Notes: generated from the sequence alone by a model not told the origin. Counted from the stretch's first letter, positions 11,560 through 22,523 are shown. The stretch is 64,000 nt of DNA from Waterburya sp. (GCA_965217895.1 CBDCJV010000002.1:3808001-3872000); one strand, 5' to 3'. Numbers and translations are program-made.

Positions 11560-11668
11560 GCGGTGCGACCCCCTAAAGGGTTCGACAGTTTGCTTATGCC
11601 GGGAAACCCGTCCACCGCAACTGTCTCACCGCGTCGCCGTTAGGCGCAAGGGAATGCGCACCAAGACA
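11560..11668 (+). repeat. Family A repeat with a nested 58-nt family B insertion (11571-11628)
   Basis: Deleting 11571-11628 restores a sequence nearly identical to 2715-2765. Confidence 0.85.
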
Positions 11669-11979
11669 GTAAAAAGTAGGAAATAGCTGTAATACCCTTA
11701 CTGTAAGGATCTATCTCGGAAAGTGATAGGCGTTTAAACTCTATTGCCGTCAGCTTTTTGGTTTGTTTGTAGGTCACGTTCTTATTCGCGATCGCTTTTT
11801 AACCTACTTTTCTCATTTTCTGGCTATTCATGCAAGAGGTCTAATATAGATTCAAGCATTAATAATTATGATTTACGTAAGCGTGTGAATTAAAAATTCC
11901 TTTCAACTTTGCGCTGCTTGAGCGTTGGTCAATACAAAAAATTGGGGTTATCTTTTGTAAAAAACAATTAATTTAATCG

Positions 11980-12315
11980 ATGAGCATCAGTAGCTTAGAA
12001 TTTGAGTTCGATCTATTATGGTCAGAATTATTTCCCGATTTAGATTTGGAAACAGAAGTACGGCTAATTCCCAAGCGTCGCTTTAAGTTTGATTATGTTA
12101 ATTTCTCTGCCAAGGTAGCAATCGAAATTAATGGACAAATTTGGCATCAAGGCGGACACACTACAGGCAAAAGCCTGATGCGAGATTATGAAAAGCTCAA
12201 TTTAGCGCAGCAACAAGGTTATTGTGTATTTCAACTATCGAAGGAAATGATTACCGAAACTTGGCTAAAGGCGATCGCTGATACCATTCGCGATCGCCTT
12301 AGTCAGCCAGCTTGA
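11980..12315 (+). CDS. Small Vsr/DUF559-like PD-(D/E)XK endonuclease
   Basis: E..RRFKFDY..VAIEINGQIWH..H..RDYEKLN pattern. Confidence 0.65.
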   Translation: MSISSLEFEFDLLWSELFPDLDLETEVRLIPKRRFKFDYVNFSAKVAIEINGQIWHQGGHTTGKSLMRDYEKLNLAQQQGYCVFQLSKEMITETWLKAIADTIRDRLSQPA

Positions 12316-12423
12316 TATTTCTTAGCTAACTCTACTAAGCTATAGCAAAGAATGATAACTAGTAATTAATTACTGATTTTCATGGTAAAACAATAAAGTT
12401 CTCTGCAATGAAGTTTAACTGTC

Positions 12424-13467
12424 ATGACCAAAATTGACTACGATGCGATCGCTAAACTTTCTTTGGCAGGGGAGTTAATTGATCGCACTACTGCCAAAAG
12501 CATTTTAACAGCCCCAGATTTGGTTTTATTAGAGCAATTAGCAGCAGCTTATCAGGTTCGTCATCATTATTGGTCAAATCGTGTCAGACTCCACTTTTTA
12601 CTCAACGCCCAAAGTGGCTTATGTCCCGAAGACTGCAACTACTGTTCTCAATCAAAAATTTCCTCTGCCGAGATTGAGAAATATCCTTTGATAGCCCAAG
12701 CAAGAATTGTCCAGGCAGCAGATAAGGCAGCAGACTTAAAAGCAGGTACATTTTGCATGGCTATTTCAGGGCGATCGCCTTCGGAATCTGTCTTTAGTAA
12801 TGTGTTGGATGCTTTTAAAGCCGTCAAAGAGAAACACGACTTAAAGATCTGTGCCTGTTTGGGGTTACTTGATGAATCTCAAACCCAACGTTTAGCTGAA
12901 GTGGGAGTAGATCGAGTTAACCATAATCTCAATACTTCAGAAAATCACCACGAGAATATCTGTAGCACTCATACTTTTCGCGATCGCGTAGCAACAATTA
13001 AAAACGTTCAAAAAGCAGGTATTACCACTTGTTCAGGAGGAATCCTGGGCATGAATGAAACCGATGAAGATATTATCGACTTGGCTTATTCCCTACGAGA
13101 GTTAGACGTTACCAGCGTGCCAATCAACTTTTTAATTCCCATTGCTGGTACGCCTTTAAGCGACGTTAATCAGCTAAATCCCCGTCGCTGTTTACGAATC
13201 TTAAACCTATTTAGATTTATTCTGCCTAAGCAAGAAATCAGAATTGCGGGAGGGAGAGAAGTCCACTTGCGATCGCTACAGATAATGGGTTTATATCCTG
13301 CAAACTCTATTTTTGTCGGCGACTATCTTACCACCACTGGACAGTCAGAAGACGCTGATTTAGCTATGATTCGCGATGGGGGATTTGTCTTAGAAAACCC
13401 TGACGGTTCAATTTTAAACCCAGAAGATAACCAATTAAAGGTTAAATTTAAACAATCAGCATTATAG
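12424..13467 (+). CDS. bioB: Biotin synthase
   Basis: Radical [24 protein letters not shown] and RIAGGRE motifs. Confidence 0.95.
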   Translation: MTKIDYDAIAKLSLAGELIDRTTAKSILTAPDLVLLEQLAAAYQVRHHYWSNRVRLHFLLNAQSGLCPEDCNYCSQSKISSAEIEKYPLIAQARIVQAADKAADLKAGTFCMAISGRSPSESVFSNVLDAFKAVKEKHDLKICACLGLLDESQTQRLAEVGVDRVNHNLNTSENHHENICSTHTFRDRVATIKNVQKAGITTCSGGILGMNETDEDIIDLAYSLRELDVTSVPINFLIPIAGTPLSDVNQLNPRRCLRILNLFRFILPKQEIRIAGGREVHLRSLQIMGLYPANSIFVGDYLTTTGQSEDADLAMIRDGGFVLENPDGSILNPEDNQLKVKFKQSAL

Positions 13468-14038
13468 GGAGACTTAGCCTAAAAGAATTTTGAGTAATAT
13501 CATCATTTGCGCCTAGAAAAATAGATGATATAACTTATGTATAACTAAATTATAGTTACATATTATCGATCTGCAATGCCAGACTATTTCAGCGTTTCAC
13601 GTAAATTAGTGATTATTTTGACTAATCAATAAAACTATTAAAAAGTAGCAAAAAAGGAAACTAAAATGCGGGTTCATTAAGAAAATTAATTTTGAGGAGT
13701 ATTCTAATTTGGTAGTAAATTAACGACTGGGTTTATGGTCTATAAAGAACATGACATCCAGCTTTGTAGCGATAAAATCTCTCTAATATTGCTACTTTCT
13801 TATGTTTAAATTTTTAAATTTTATTTGTAGACGACAAAGTGATTTGTTGACCACACAAGGCGGTCGGAGGTACATCTCTGACCAGGGTTTTCAATTGACT
13901 TGACTGTATTTTGAGCGACATCTCTTGTTCTGTTTTTCATCTGTTTGCGAAGAGAAAAAGTTGTTGTACTGCCAAGCCATTTGTCACCTTAGCTACTTAG
14001 CCTAATCTAGGGCAATAATCGTTACCCAGTAGTGGTAA

Positions 14039-15433
14039 ATGAACAAAAATTATCCAGAAAAGCTACAAGAACGAATATTAATAGTAGACGATTTACCCGA
14101 AAATATTAGATTGCTGTCATCTTTACTAAGTAATAAAGGTTATAGAGTTGATTCGGCTACGGATGGAAAAATGGCTTTGTCCATGATCAAGACAATCAGC
14201 CCTGATTTAATCTTGCTTGATATTATGTTGCCTATAATGGACGGATATCAGGTATGTCGTGTTTTAAAATCTCAGACAGAAACTCAAAGTATCCCAATTA
14301 TTTTTTTAAGCGGTTTAGATTCAGAGTACGATAAAGCTGAAGCTTTTCGAGTGGGGGGAGCAGATTATATTACCAAGCCTTTTTTTCTTGAGGAAGTGGT
14401 TTTTCGCGTCCAAACTCAATTAAATATTGTTCAACAGCAAGCAAAATTTCAGCAAGGTTTGAATGAGCAAATCTCCGAAAGAAAAATTGTTGAAAGAGAA
14501 TTAAATCAATCTCGTGCTTTGTTAACTGGAGTTTTAAATAGCTCCTTAGATGGGGTCGCTGCTTTTGAAGCAATTCGCGATCGCCATGGACAGATTGTCG
14601 ATTTTCGCTGGTTAATTGCTAATCCAGTAGCGGCGATGACCTTGGGCAAAACAACCCAAACCCTTAAAGGCAAACGATTATTTGTCGAAGAGTCTCCCAA
14701 TCATCTATTTTATGGGCTGTTTGAAGCATTTACTCAGGTTGTGGAAACTTGTACTGTGCTAGAAAAAGAACATTTTCACGACTCTCTTTCTCTTCCAGCC
14801 TGGTTTCATATTGTAGCGGTAAAGCTGGGTGATGGTTTTGCCATAACTTTCCGTGATATTAGCGATCGCAAACAAATAGAGGATACGCTAAAACAAACTA
14901 ATTTAAGATTAACTTACCAAGCTAATATTGACAGTCTGACTCAAATAGCTAATCGTCGTCGCTTTGATGAGTATATTGCTCAGGAATGGTCGCGATGCGC
15001 CCGCGATCAACAATATTTATCGCTAATTTTATGTGATGTGGATTATTTTAAATCTTACAATGACACTTATGGACACCAAGCAGGAGATAATTGTCTGTAT
15101 GAAGTGGCTCAAGGCATTGAACGGGCTGTTAAACGTCCTGCTGATATAGTATTTCGTTATGGGGGAGAAGAGTTTGCCGTGGTTTTACCCCATACAGAAG
15201 CAGCAGGGGCGCTCAAGGTAGCAGAAGATATTCGTGGACAAATTCAAGACTTACAAATACATCATGCTTCATCCCAAATTAGCGATATTATCAGTCTTAG
15301 CTTAGGCGTTACTAGTATTATTCCCGATCCTCGCTCATCGCCCCATGTTTTGATTGCTACTGCTGATGACGCTTTATACGACGCAAAACTCAAAGGTCGC
15401 GATCGCATTATTTATCGCACGGTAGATTCTTGA
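14039..15433 (+). CDS. Diguanylate cyclase (REC-PAS-GGDEF)
   Basis: Receiver domain (VDD, DIMLP, KPF); RYGGEEF active site with RPAD I-site. Confidence 0.9.
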   Translation: MNKNYPEKLQERILIVDDLPENIRLLSSLLSNKGYRVDSATDGKMALSMIKTISPDLILLDIMLPIMDGYQVCRVLKSQTETQSIPIIFLSGLDSEYDKAEAFRVGGADYITKPFFLEEVVFRVQTQLNIVQQQAKFQQGLNEQISERKIVERELNQSRALLTGVLNSSLDGVAAFEAIRDRHGQIVDFRWLIANPVAAMTLGKTTQTLKGKRLFVEESPNHLFYGLFEAFTQVVETCTVLEKEHFHDSLSLPAWFHIVAVKLGDGFAITFRDISDRKQIEDTLKQTNLRLTYQANIDSLTQIANRRRFDEYIAQEWSRCARDQQYLSLILCDVDYFKSYNDTYGHQAGDNCLYEVAQGIERAVKRPADIVFRYGGEEFAVVLPHTEAAGALKVAEDIRGQIQDLQIHHASSQISDIISLSLGVTSIIPDPRSSPHVLIATADDALYDAKLKGRDRIIYRTVDS

Positions 15434-16051
15434 AGATCGCTCGATTTCGAGGTTGATGTATTATCTAGAGAATGACTGCGTTTTACCAATTATTTTAAAT
15501 AGTTTGTTTGGTATATTTTTAGGATTTATAGTTAAAAAACACAGTTGTAACAAAATTATACTAGCGTCAAATTTCATAAATTCCTGTAAGATACTGGTAA
15601 ATGTATAGAGATTGAGTAACCTGCATTTCCACTTAGTTTTTATAAAAATTTAAATCTACAACTTTCTCTAATGTTATCTTGCAAAAGCGTAAAGCTATTT
15701 AATAAATATATTCAATAGTAAATCGTCTGTAAAACATTTAGCTTTAGATTAATTATAAGCTCTTAGAGCAAATAAAAATCTTAGTATTCATTGTTTAATA
15801 ACATGAACAAAACAAATAAACTTAATAAGCCTAAAAAACATGAATAAAATACATAATTTATTTTTTAAATATATTCATAATTTCTCATATTGTACAAAAT
15901 ATAGAAATTTCACAGTCATAAACAATAATTTTAGCTTTAAAGAAACCTTTTAATAATATTCAAACCCAATATATATAAAACATAATTAGATAGCTAGAAA
16001 TATATTCTATAACCAATATTTTTATTTCTATGTTAGTTATTTTGCTTAATT

Positions 16052-16912
16052 TTGTTAATGATTAAATTATTAATAGTAGACGATCAAAATTTCACTAGGC
16101 AAGCATTACAGGCAATTTTAGAAACAGAACCAGATTTAGAAGTTGTTGGCAAAGCTGTTAATGGTAATGAAGCTTTTAAATACATGGAACAATTTCAGGT
16201 TGACATTATGATAGTTGACTTGGAAATGCCCGAAATGAGTGGTTTGACCGTAACCAAAATAACAAGTCAGCGTTTTCCCCAGACTAAAGTCATTATTCTT
16301 AGTAGTCACGACGACGAAGATAATATAAATGCAGCAGTCGAAGCAGGAGCAAAAGGTTATCTGCTCAAAAACACTTCGGCACAAGAAATTATTGATACAA
16401 TTCGGGCAATTCAAAGAGGCTATTTTCAGTTAGGGCCTGGACTATTTGAAAAGCTTCTTTCTCACCTAATTAAAGAAAAAGAACAGGCTGCTGATAATTT
16501 AGCTCAGCTTGAGGATAAATACGCACAGTCAATGATTAGGCTAGAAGAAAAGATACTTGCTAAAAATGAAGCTGAAAGGCAAGAGCTATACCAAGAAATT
16601 GAGCTACAAATTGCCAGTTTAAAACAAGATTTTCGTAAAGGTCTAGAAAATTTTCAATATCAGGTAAGCAATCAGCTACAAAGCGGGTTAAATGAGGCTA
16701 ATAATAGGTTTCATAGTTCTTTTCCTGACATACACAAAATTGAAATGCAAATAGATCATCGAAATGCAGAGCAGCAAAGATATATCAATACTTTATTTGC
16801 AGGAACTAAACAAGCTATATCTAAATTGGAAAAGCAAATAGAATTTACACGCCACTTTGTCATTTTTTTGAGCGTAGTATTTGTCATAGTTAACCTATTT
16901 CGTTTACGCTAG
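16052..16912 (+). CDS. Response regulator: NarL-like receiver, coiled coil and hydrophobic C-terminus
   Basis: IVDD, DLEMP and GAKGYLLK motifs; no HTH evident; likely start ATG at 16058. Confidence 0.8.
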   Translation: MLMIKLLIVDDQNFTRQALQAILETEPDLEVVGKAVNGNEAFKYMEQFQVDIMIVDLEMPEMSGLTVTKITSQRFPQTKVIILSSHDDEDNINAAVEAGAKGYLLKNTSAQEIIDTIRAIQRGYFQLGPGLFEKLLSHLIKEKEQAADNLAQLEDKYAQSMIRLEEKILAKNEAERQELYQEIELQIASLKQDFRKGLENFQYQVSNQLQSGLNEANNRFHSSFPDIHKIEMQIDHRNAEQQRYINTLFAGTKQAISKLEKQIEFTRHFVIFLSVVFVIVNLFRLR

Positions 16913-17020
16913 CTTTATTGGCAGGCATTTATATTTAAGATACCAACATTAACTTTTTGCCCTAACCTCTAACCTCTATCAAATCCATTTTATATTTAAT
17001 TACCCAACTCCTTCGGAGTT

Positions 17021-17347
17021 AAGTAGCAGCCGCGTGGAGCGGCTCGACTTTCCTTCGGAAAGGCGGCGAACTCCAGTTCGCGCAGATAGCAATTAAGAAA
17101 AACTCCGAAGTTGGTAATTGCGCCTCTTCATTCATGAGGAAAAGGTGAAAAAATAATTCAACTCTTGAATACATGCGGGCAAGCCCTTTGTCTGACACAG
17201 GAGCTATCGCTCCATGTCGTCGTCTTCGACGACTTTGCAAGCTTTGCTTGCTGTGGCAGAGGTTGAACTTGCAGACGCGAAGCGCGTCTCGCCGTTGCGG
17301 AGCAACGTCGGCAGCCTCCAGGCTGCGCTACTTGTTATCTGCTACTT
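17021..17347. mobile_element. MITE-like element filled with triple-hairpin cassettes
   Basis: Right end TTGTTATCTGCTACTT; left end becomes AAGTAGCAGATAGCAA once 17026-17081 is removed. Confidence 0.65.
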
Positions 17348-17382
17348 GTGAAACCTACCCACTTATAAACACTTTCTAACAA

Positions 17383-18549
17383 TTAATTTCTAATTTGGAC
17401 AGGCATTACGAGGTAGGTCATATTTAATCCTCCCAGAGGTGTAAAGATAACTGGTTGATTCCACTCGTTTAACTGCATTTTAATTTCTGCTGCGGGAAGT
17501 GCTTTTAGTCCGTCCATTAGGTATTTAATATTAAAAGCGATGTCTATATCTTCGCCGATAATTTCTGCAGGTAAAGTCTGTTTGGCATTACCTATATCCT
17601 GAGCATCCGCTGAAACTATCAACTCTCCCTGGTCATTATTGATGCTAAATTTGACCAAGTTATTTTTTTGCGCCAGTACTGCTACTAGTTCTAGACTACT
17701 CAGCAATCTTTTGCGATCTAAAATAATTTCACGGGTAAAACTATTTGGTATTAATTGTCCGTAGGCAGGATAGTCTCCTGGTATATTTGCACTAGTTAAC
17801 AGGCGATCGCCCAATTCAAAAACGATTATCTGTTCATCAAAGCTAACCCTCACTAGATCTGTTATTTGAGAATCACCCACAATTTTTTCTAGTTCTCGCA
17901 ATGCTTTGGCAGGAATGGTTAAGGAAAATTCGGGTAAGGTAATTGCTGATTCTGAAGCTTCAGAATTGAGATCGGCTGCCACCACTGCTAAACGATGACT
18001 ATCAGTAGCAGCAAATTCAAGTATATCTCCTTGATTATCCGCTCCTAAACCCTGAGTTTTAAGATGTACTCCTGTAAGCACCTGTTTGGATAATTCTGTA
18101 GAGGCAGCAAATAGGCATCCTCCTAATCCCTCGTTGAGTGCTGAAATAGGTAATTCTATTGTTTTTCCAGATTCTACGGTGGGCAATTCGGGAAATTCGC
18201 TGGCTTCAATTCCCGCTAGCTGAAATTGTCCTGATGCGGAACTGATCGTGGCGAGACTTGTTTCGTCTTCAGGAACATCTAGAGTAATCTCCATTTCTGG
18301 TAAACGAGTTACGATATCATTTAAGAGTTTGGCTGGTAGGGTAATACTGCCACCTTCGATAACTTCGGAGCTAAAGCTCGTTTTGATACCCAAGCTGCCA
18401 TCAAAAGCAATAACGCTAACCTTTTGCGTTGTTTCTATTGCCTCAAGCAAGACATTTCCTAATACTGCGGGTTCTGGACGAGAAGGAACGGCACGGCTGA
18501 CTAGAGAAAGATTATTTTTTAGATCGCTTTGACTACAAACAATTTTCAT
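17383..18549 (-). CDS. dnaN: DNA polymerase III beta clamp
   Basis: AATDSHRL and YLVMPV motifs; directly downstream of dnaA. Confidence 0.97.
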   Translation of the reverse strand: MKIVCSQSDLKNNLSLVSRAVPSRPEPAVLGNVLLEAIETTQKVSVIAFDGSLGIKTSFSSEVIEGGSITLPAKLLNDIVTRLPEMEITLDVPEDETSLATISSASGQFQLAGIEASEFPELPTVESGKTIELPISALNEGLGGCLFAASTELSKQVLTGVHLKTQGLGADNQGDILEFAATDSHRLAVVAADLNSEASESAITLPEFSLTIPAKALRELEKIVGDSQITDLVRVSFDEQIIVFELGDRLLTSANIPGDYPAYGQLIPNSFTREIILDRKRLLSSLELVAVLAQKNNLVKFSINNDQGELIVSADAQDIGNAKQTLPAEIIGEDIDIAFNIKYLMDGLKALPAAEIKMQLNEWNQPVIFTPLGGLNMTYLVMPVQIRN

Positions 18550-18663
18550 CTCGAAATTAGAATTAACTAATATTTTAAAACAAGTGTACTATGAAATTTT
18601 CTAAGCAGCTTGTGGAAAACTTGTGGATAACTGAGGAAATCTAATCTTAAGCTGTGGAAAAGA
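18550..18663. promoter_or_regulatory. DnaA-box cluster, probable oriC
   Basis: TGTGGAAAA 18611-18619, TGTGGATAA 18622-18630, degenerate TGAGGAAAT 18632-18640, TGTGGAAAA 18653-18661; all one orientation, next to an AT-rich stretch in the dnaA-dnaN spacer. Confidence 0.8.
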
Positions 18664-20034
18664 TTAGTCTTGAGATTTTTGCCGACTAACAAAATTAATG
18701 CGATCGCTTAATAAAGAGATAGTTTGATTAAGCTGACGATCTACTCTGATCTGTTTAGAAATCTTGTCACAACTATACATGACTGTGGTATGGTCTTTAC
18801 CACCAAACTTTTCACCAATGCGAGGTAGACTCAAATCGGTATGTTGACGCATCAGATACATGGCAATATGTCTGGCGTTACTAATTTCGCGCCGTCGAGA
18901 ACTCCCTTTGAGATCTTCAGCAGAAATGTTTAAGATTTCCACCGCCACATCAATAATCGTATCGGGAGAAGCAGTAATCTGCTCTATCTTAGGATTAAGC
19001 ACCGTCGCAATATTTTCCACCGTCATCGATAAACCAGAAAGGGAAATATATGCCGTTGTTCTAATTAATGCGCCCTCTAATTCTCTAATATTAGAAGTAT
19101 ATTGACTAGCAATATATTCAATCGCTTCTTTAGGAAGATAAACGTTTTCATATTCCGCTTTTTTTTGCAAGATTGCCATGCGGGTTTCTAAATCTGGCAC
19201 TTGAACATCGGCAATCAAACCCATAGAGAAACGGGAACTCAGACGTTCTTGCAGTTTGGGAATTTGATTTGGAGGGCGATCGCTAGCTAAAACCACCTGT
19301 TTTCCTGCTTCATGTAGGGTGTTAAAGGTGTGGAAAAACTCCTCTTGAGTGTATTCCTTACCCTCAATAAATTGAATGTCGTCTACCAGCAAAATATCGG
19401 CAGAACGATAGTGTTCTCGAAGGGTTTGAATACTATCGTTGCGAATTGCCGCAATTAGATCATTAGTAAATTGTTCGGTGGAGACATAAAAGACTTTAGC
19501 ATCGGCATTAATTTCTAGATGATAGTGTCCAATCGCCTGCATCAAATGAGTTTTGCCTAAGCCTACCCCACCACAGAGAAAAAGAGGGTTAAAATCCCGC
19601 CCAGGAGACTCAGCCACAGCTAAAGAAGCAGCGTGTACCATTCGATTAGTCGGCCCAACTACGAAGCTATAGAAAGTATATTTAGGATTTAATTTAGCTG
19701 GCTTAAGTGAGTTCCTAGTCGTCGGCAACTTATACTTTTGAGAAGCAATCTTAGCCCGATCGGTAACAAAAGCAAGACTTCCTTCCTGTTGAGATTTTAA
19801 ACGAATCTCTAAAGTTTGACCGCTGACTTCGGCGACCACATCACTAATAAGATTGAGATAGTGCTTTTGCAAATGATTCATTACAAAGGCATTGGGGGTC
19901 AAAATAGTCAAACAGTTTGGATTCAAATCTTCAATAGTGGCATTTTGAATCCAAGTCTCAAAAGTAGGACGACTAAGCCGTTGTTTGAGATGTTCTAAGA
20001 CTTGTTCCCATAGCTGTTCTGAAGAAATTGCCAC
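18664..20034 (-). CDS. dnaA: Chromosomal replication initiator DnaA
   Basis: [15 protein letters not shown] and GGKDHTTV motifs. Confidence 0.98.
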   Translation of the reverse strand: MAISSEQLWEQVLEHLKQRLSRPTFETWIQNATIEDLNPNCLTILTPNAFVMNHLQKHYLNLISDVVAEVSGQTLEIRLKSQQEGSLAFVTDRAKIASQKYKLPTTRNSLKPAKLNPKYTFYSFVVGPTNRMVHAASLAVAESPGRDFNPLFLCGGVGLGKTHLMQAIGHYHLEINADAKVFYVSTEQFTNDLIAAIRNDSIQTLREHYRSADILLVDDIQFIEGKEYTQEEFFHTFNTLHEAGKQVVLASDRPPNQIPKLQERLSSRFSMGLIADVQVPDLETRMAILQKKAEYENVYLPKEAIEYIASQYTSNIRELEGALIRTTAYISLSGLSMTVENIATVLNPKIEQITASPDTIIDVAVEILNISAEDLKGSSRRREISNARHIAMYLMRQHTDLSLPRIGEKFGGKDHTTVMYSCDKISKQIRVDRQLNQTISLLSDRINFVSRQKSQD

Positions 20035-20195
20035 TCTATCTTGATGTACTCTAATGCTATTAGTGATTTGAAGATCTTATCAGTTGATTTGAATTAAAAT
20101 TGCTAATATTTAACAACTATTTTCAATGATTAAAATGTACTAATTAAACAAAAATTATTCAAGTAAGCTCAAAAAGCAGTTTTAAAGAGATAAAT

Positions 20196-20726
20196 ATGGC
20201 AAAATTACCGAAAATCGCCCAAATAGGACAACAGGTTCTCCGAACCAAAGCTAAATCTGTAATCAAGATTAATGATAAGGATATCTTATCTCTAATAGAC
20301 TCTTTAATCGCTACAGCGATCGCCAGTAAAGGCGTAGGCATTGCTGCACCCCAAATCTCTCAACCCTATCGACTATTTATTGTCGCATCTCACCCTAGCG
20401 ATCGCTATCCTTACGCGCCGACTATGCCACCAACGGCAATGATTAATCCGCAGATTTTGAATCATAGTGAAGAAACAGTAAAAGATTGGGAAGGATGTCT
20501 AAGCGTACCAAATGTTCGGGGTTTAGTACCAAGATATCGCCAAATAGAAGTAGAATACACCACTCAAGCAGGTGAAATTAAACAGGAAGTATTTACAGAC
20601 TTTATCGCTCGTATTTTTCAGCACGAACTCGATCATCTTGACGGTATTTTATTTGTAGATCGAGTTAAAAATGAGGCAGATTTGTATACCGAGGCAGAAT
20701 ATCAGCAAATAATTAGTAATCAATAA
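20196..20726 (+). CDS. def: Peptide deformylase
   Basis: GVGIAAPQI, EGCLS and QHELDHL motifs. Confidence 0.95.
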   Translation: MAKLPKIAQIGQQVLRTKAKSVIKINDKDILSLIDSLIATAIASKGVGIAAPQISQPYRLFIVASHPSDRYPYAPTMPPTAMINPQILNHSEETVKDWEGCLSVPNVRGLVPRYRQIEVEYTTQAGEIKQEVFTDFIARIFQHELDHLDGILFVDRVKNEADLYTEAEYQQIISNQ

Positions 20727-20732
20727 TTATTT

Positions 20733-20794
20733 GGTGGGCATTGGTTAAACGTCTTTTCTATGATAAATAGAATTTTATTTCCTGCCCACCCTAC
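20733..20794. repeat. REP-like palindrome (GGTGGGCA...TGCCCACCCTAC)
   Basis: Same arms at 45920-45984 and 53412-53527. Confidence 0.7.
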
Positions 20795-20804
20795 AATAAA
20801 ATAA

Positions 20805-21704
20805 ATGAAAGAAGTGATCGGTGTGGATTTGGGCGGTACAGCAATTAAGCTGGGGCGATTTCTCCCTGATGGAACTTGTCTTGAGTCAATTTCTTTAGCT
20901 ACACCCCAACCAGCCAATCCTCAGCCAGTAATAAGGGCGATCGCTCAAGGAGTCAATCAGCTTAATCAAGATCGTACCTGTATTGCGATCGGTCTGGGTG
21001 TTCCAGGCCCCACAGATACCGCCAGGCGTATTGCCAAAAAATCCATTAACCTCCCAAGTTGGGATAATGTCCCTGTTGCCGACTGGTTAGAGGCGCAAAC
21101 TGGATTACCAACTGTGTTAGAAAATGATGCTAACTGCGCTGCGATAGGCGAGGCTTGGTTAGGTGCAGGTAAACAATTTAAAGATTTTATTCTCCTTACT
21201 CTAGGAACGGGTGTAGGCGGGGGAATTTTTCTCGATGGCAAATTATTTACTGGACGCTGTGGCGCAGCAGGAGAGTTAGGCTTAATTACTCTTAATCCTG
21301 ATGGTTTTCCCTGTCGCAGCGGAAATCAGGGTTCATTAGAACAATATGCCTCTATTGGTTCAGTTATTCGTAATACAGGCAAGCAACCCGCAGAAATAGG
21401 AAGATTAGCAGAATTGGGAGATAAAACGGCTTTAGCATTTTGGCACGACTACGGTAAAACTTTAGGTGCAGGTTTAGCTAGTTTGATCTATGTTTTAACT
21501 CCCGAAGCGGTGATTATTGGCGGGGGAATTAGTGCTAGCTCTCGGTTTTTTATGCCTAGCACTTTAAAAGAAATTGAGCGACGGGTAGTATCCCCTTCTC
21601 GTCCAGGTTTACAGTTGCTTACTGCCGAATTAGGAAATAAGGCAGGAATGCTAGGCGCAGCTAAATTGGTTTATGACGAGATAAAGTTTCGTCAAATGTG
21701 GTAA
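20805..21704 (+). CDS. ROK family sugar kinase
   Basis: DLGGT, ENDANCAA, TLGTGVGGG and GELG motifs. Confidence 0.9.
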   Translation: MKEVIGVDLGGTAIKLGRFLPDGTCLESISLATPQPANPQPVIRAIAQGVNQLNQDRTCIAIGLGVPGPTDTARRIAKKSINLPSWDNVPVADWLEAQTGLPTVLENDANCAAIGEAWLGAGKQFKDFILLTLGTGVGGGIFLDGKLFTGRCGAAGELGLITLNPDGFPCRSGNQGSLEQYASIGSVIRNTGKQPAEIGRLAELGDKTALAFWHDYGKTLGAGLASLIYVLTPEAVIIGGGISASSRFFMPSTLKEIERRVVSPSRPGLQLLTAELGNKAGMLGAAKLVYDEIKFRQMW

Positions 21705-21762
21705 CAAAAAGCGACAAGTAAGCGATCGCTAATCAAACATAAATTAGAAAAACCACAGCTTA

Positions 21763-22407
21763 TTAATTTGGTTCGAGAATTACTTCATCATGAGCAGAAG
21801 TTTCTAAAGCTTCTTCTAATTGCTTATTTTCTTTACCTTCTATTATTTTAGAATTAGCTTCTGTGTCCTTCAATTGGACACAAATATCAAAAAGAACTTC
21901 AGCCAAATCACTACGAGAAATCTTGGCAGAAGATAGTTTGGCAAGATTCAATTCTAACTTTTCTAATATTTGCTGTTTGAATAAATGTAAAGTTTGCTCG
22001 AATTCGGATTTCGACTGAATAATCTCCGATTTCAAACTATTATTGTAAGCATTAATACTATTTTGCAGAAAGTCAGCATTTCTGTAGCTATGCTGAGTTA
22101 ATGTATCCAGTTCTTGCCTAGTTTTACTTTGTTCTTTTTGAGCAGCGATGGAAAAATATTGGATCTTTTTTTCCCAAGCATTAGTTGTGGAGTCTATTTT
22201 AGAAATCAGCCTGTTTTCTAATTCTTTTAGCTGTTTTTCAATGGCTGTTTTAAACTCTTGATGATTAAATTCAAGCTGATTAATTCGTTGATCGTACTGC
22301 TCTAATTTATGCTCATACTCTTTTATTTGTTCTCCAAACAACAATTCTTGTAACTGGGTAATATTTCCTAATCTTTGGCGTATTTCAGCCTTAGTTATTT
22401 CACTCAT
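21763..22407 (-). CDS. Conserved coiled-coil hypothetical protein
   Basis: 214-aa ORF rich in Q/E/K/L; LQELLFG N-terminal motif. Confidence 0.7.
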   Translation of the reverse strand: MSEITKAEIRQRLGNITQLQELLFGEQIKEYEHKLEQYDQRINQLEFNHQEFKTAIEKQLKELENRLISKIDSTTNAWEKKIQYFSIAAQKEQSKTRQELDTLTQHSYRNADFLQNSINAYNNSLKSEIIQSKSEFEQTLHLFKQQILEKLELNLAKLSSAKISRSDLAEVLFDICVQLKDTEANSKIIEGKENKQLEEALETSAHDEVILEPN

Positions 22408-22523
22408 GCTTCATCGCTTCTCAAACTAATTTAATACAACTATAGCAGTTATTAACCGATATCTTATGTCCAAACTACTGTAGCTAGTTTTCCCAAAGAT
22501 AGAAAAGACTTGTCGAATTTTAA

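Noticed and set aside
15545..15565. Possible NtcA site GTAACAAAATTATAC
   Set aside because: Spacing is GTA-N9-TAC rather than N8, in very AT-rich DNA, so it is likely chance.
17006..17347. CRISPR array or tRNA suggested by repeated hairpins
   Set aside because: No identical direct repeats with regular spacers, no cas genes, no tRNA D- or T-loop consensus.
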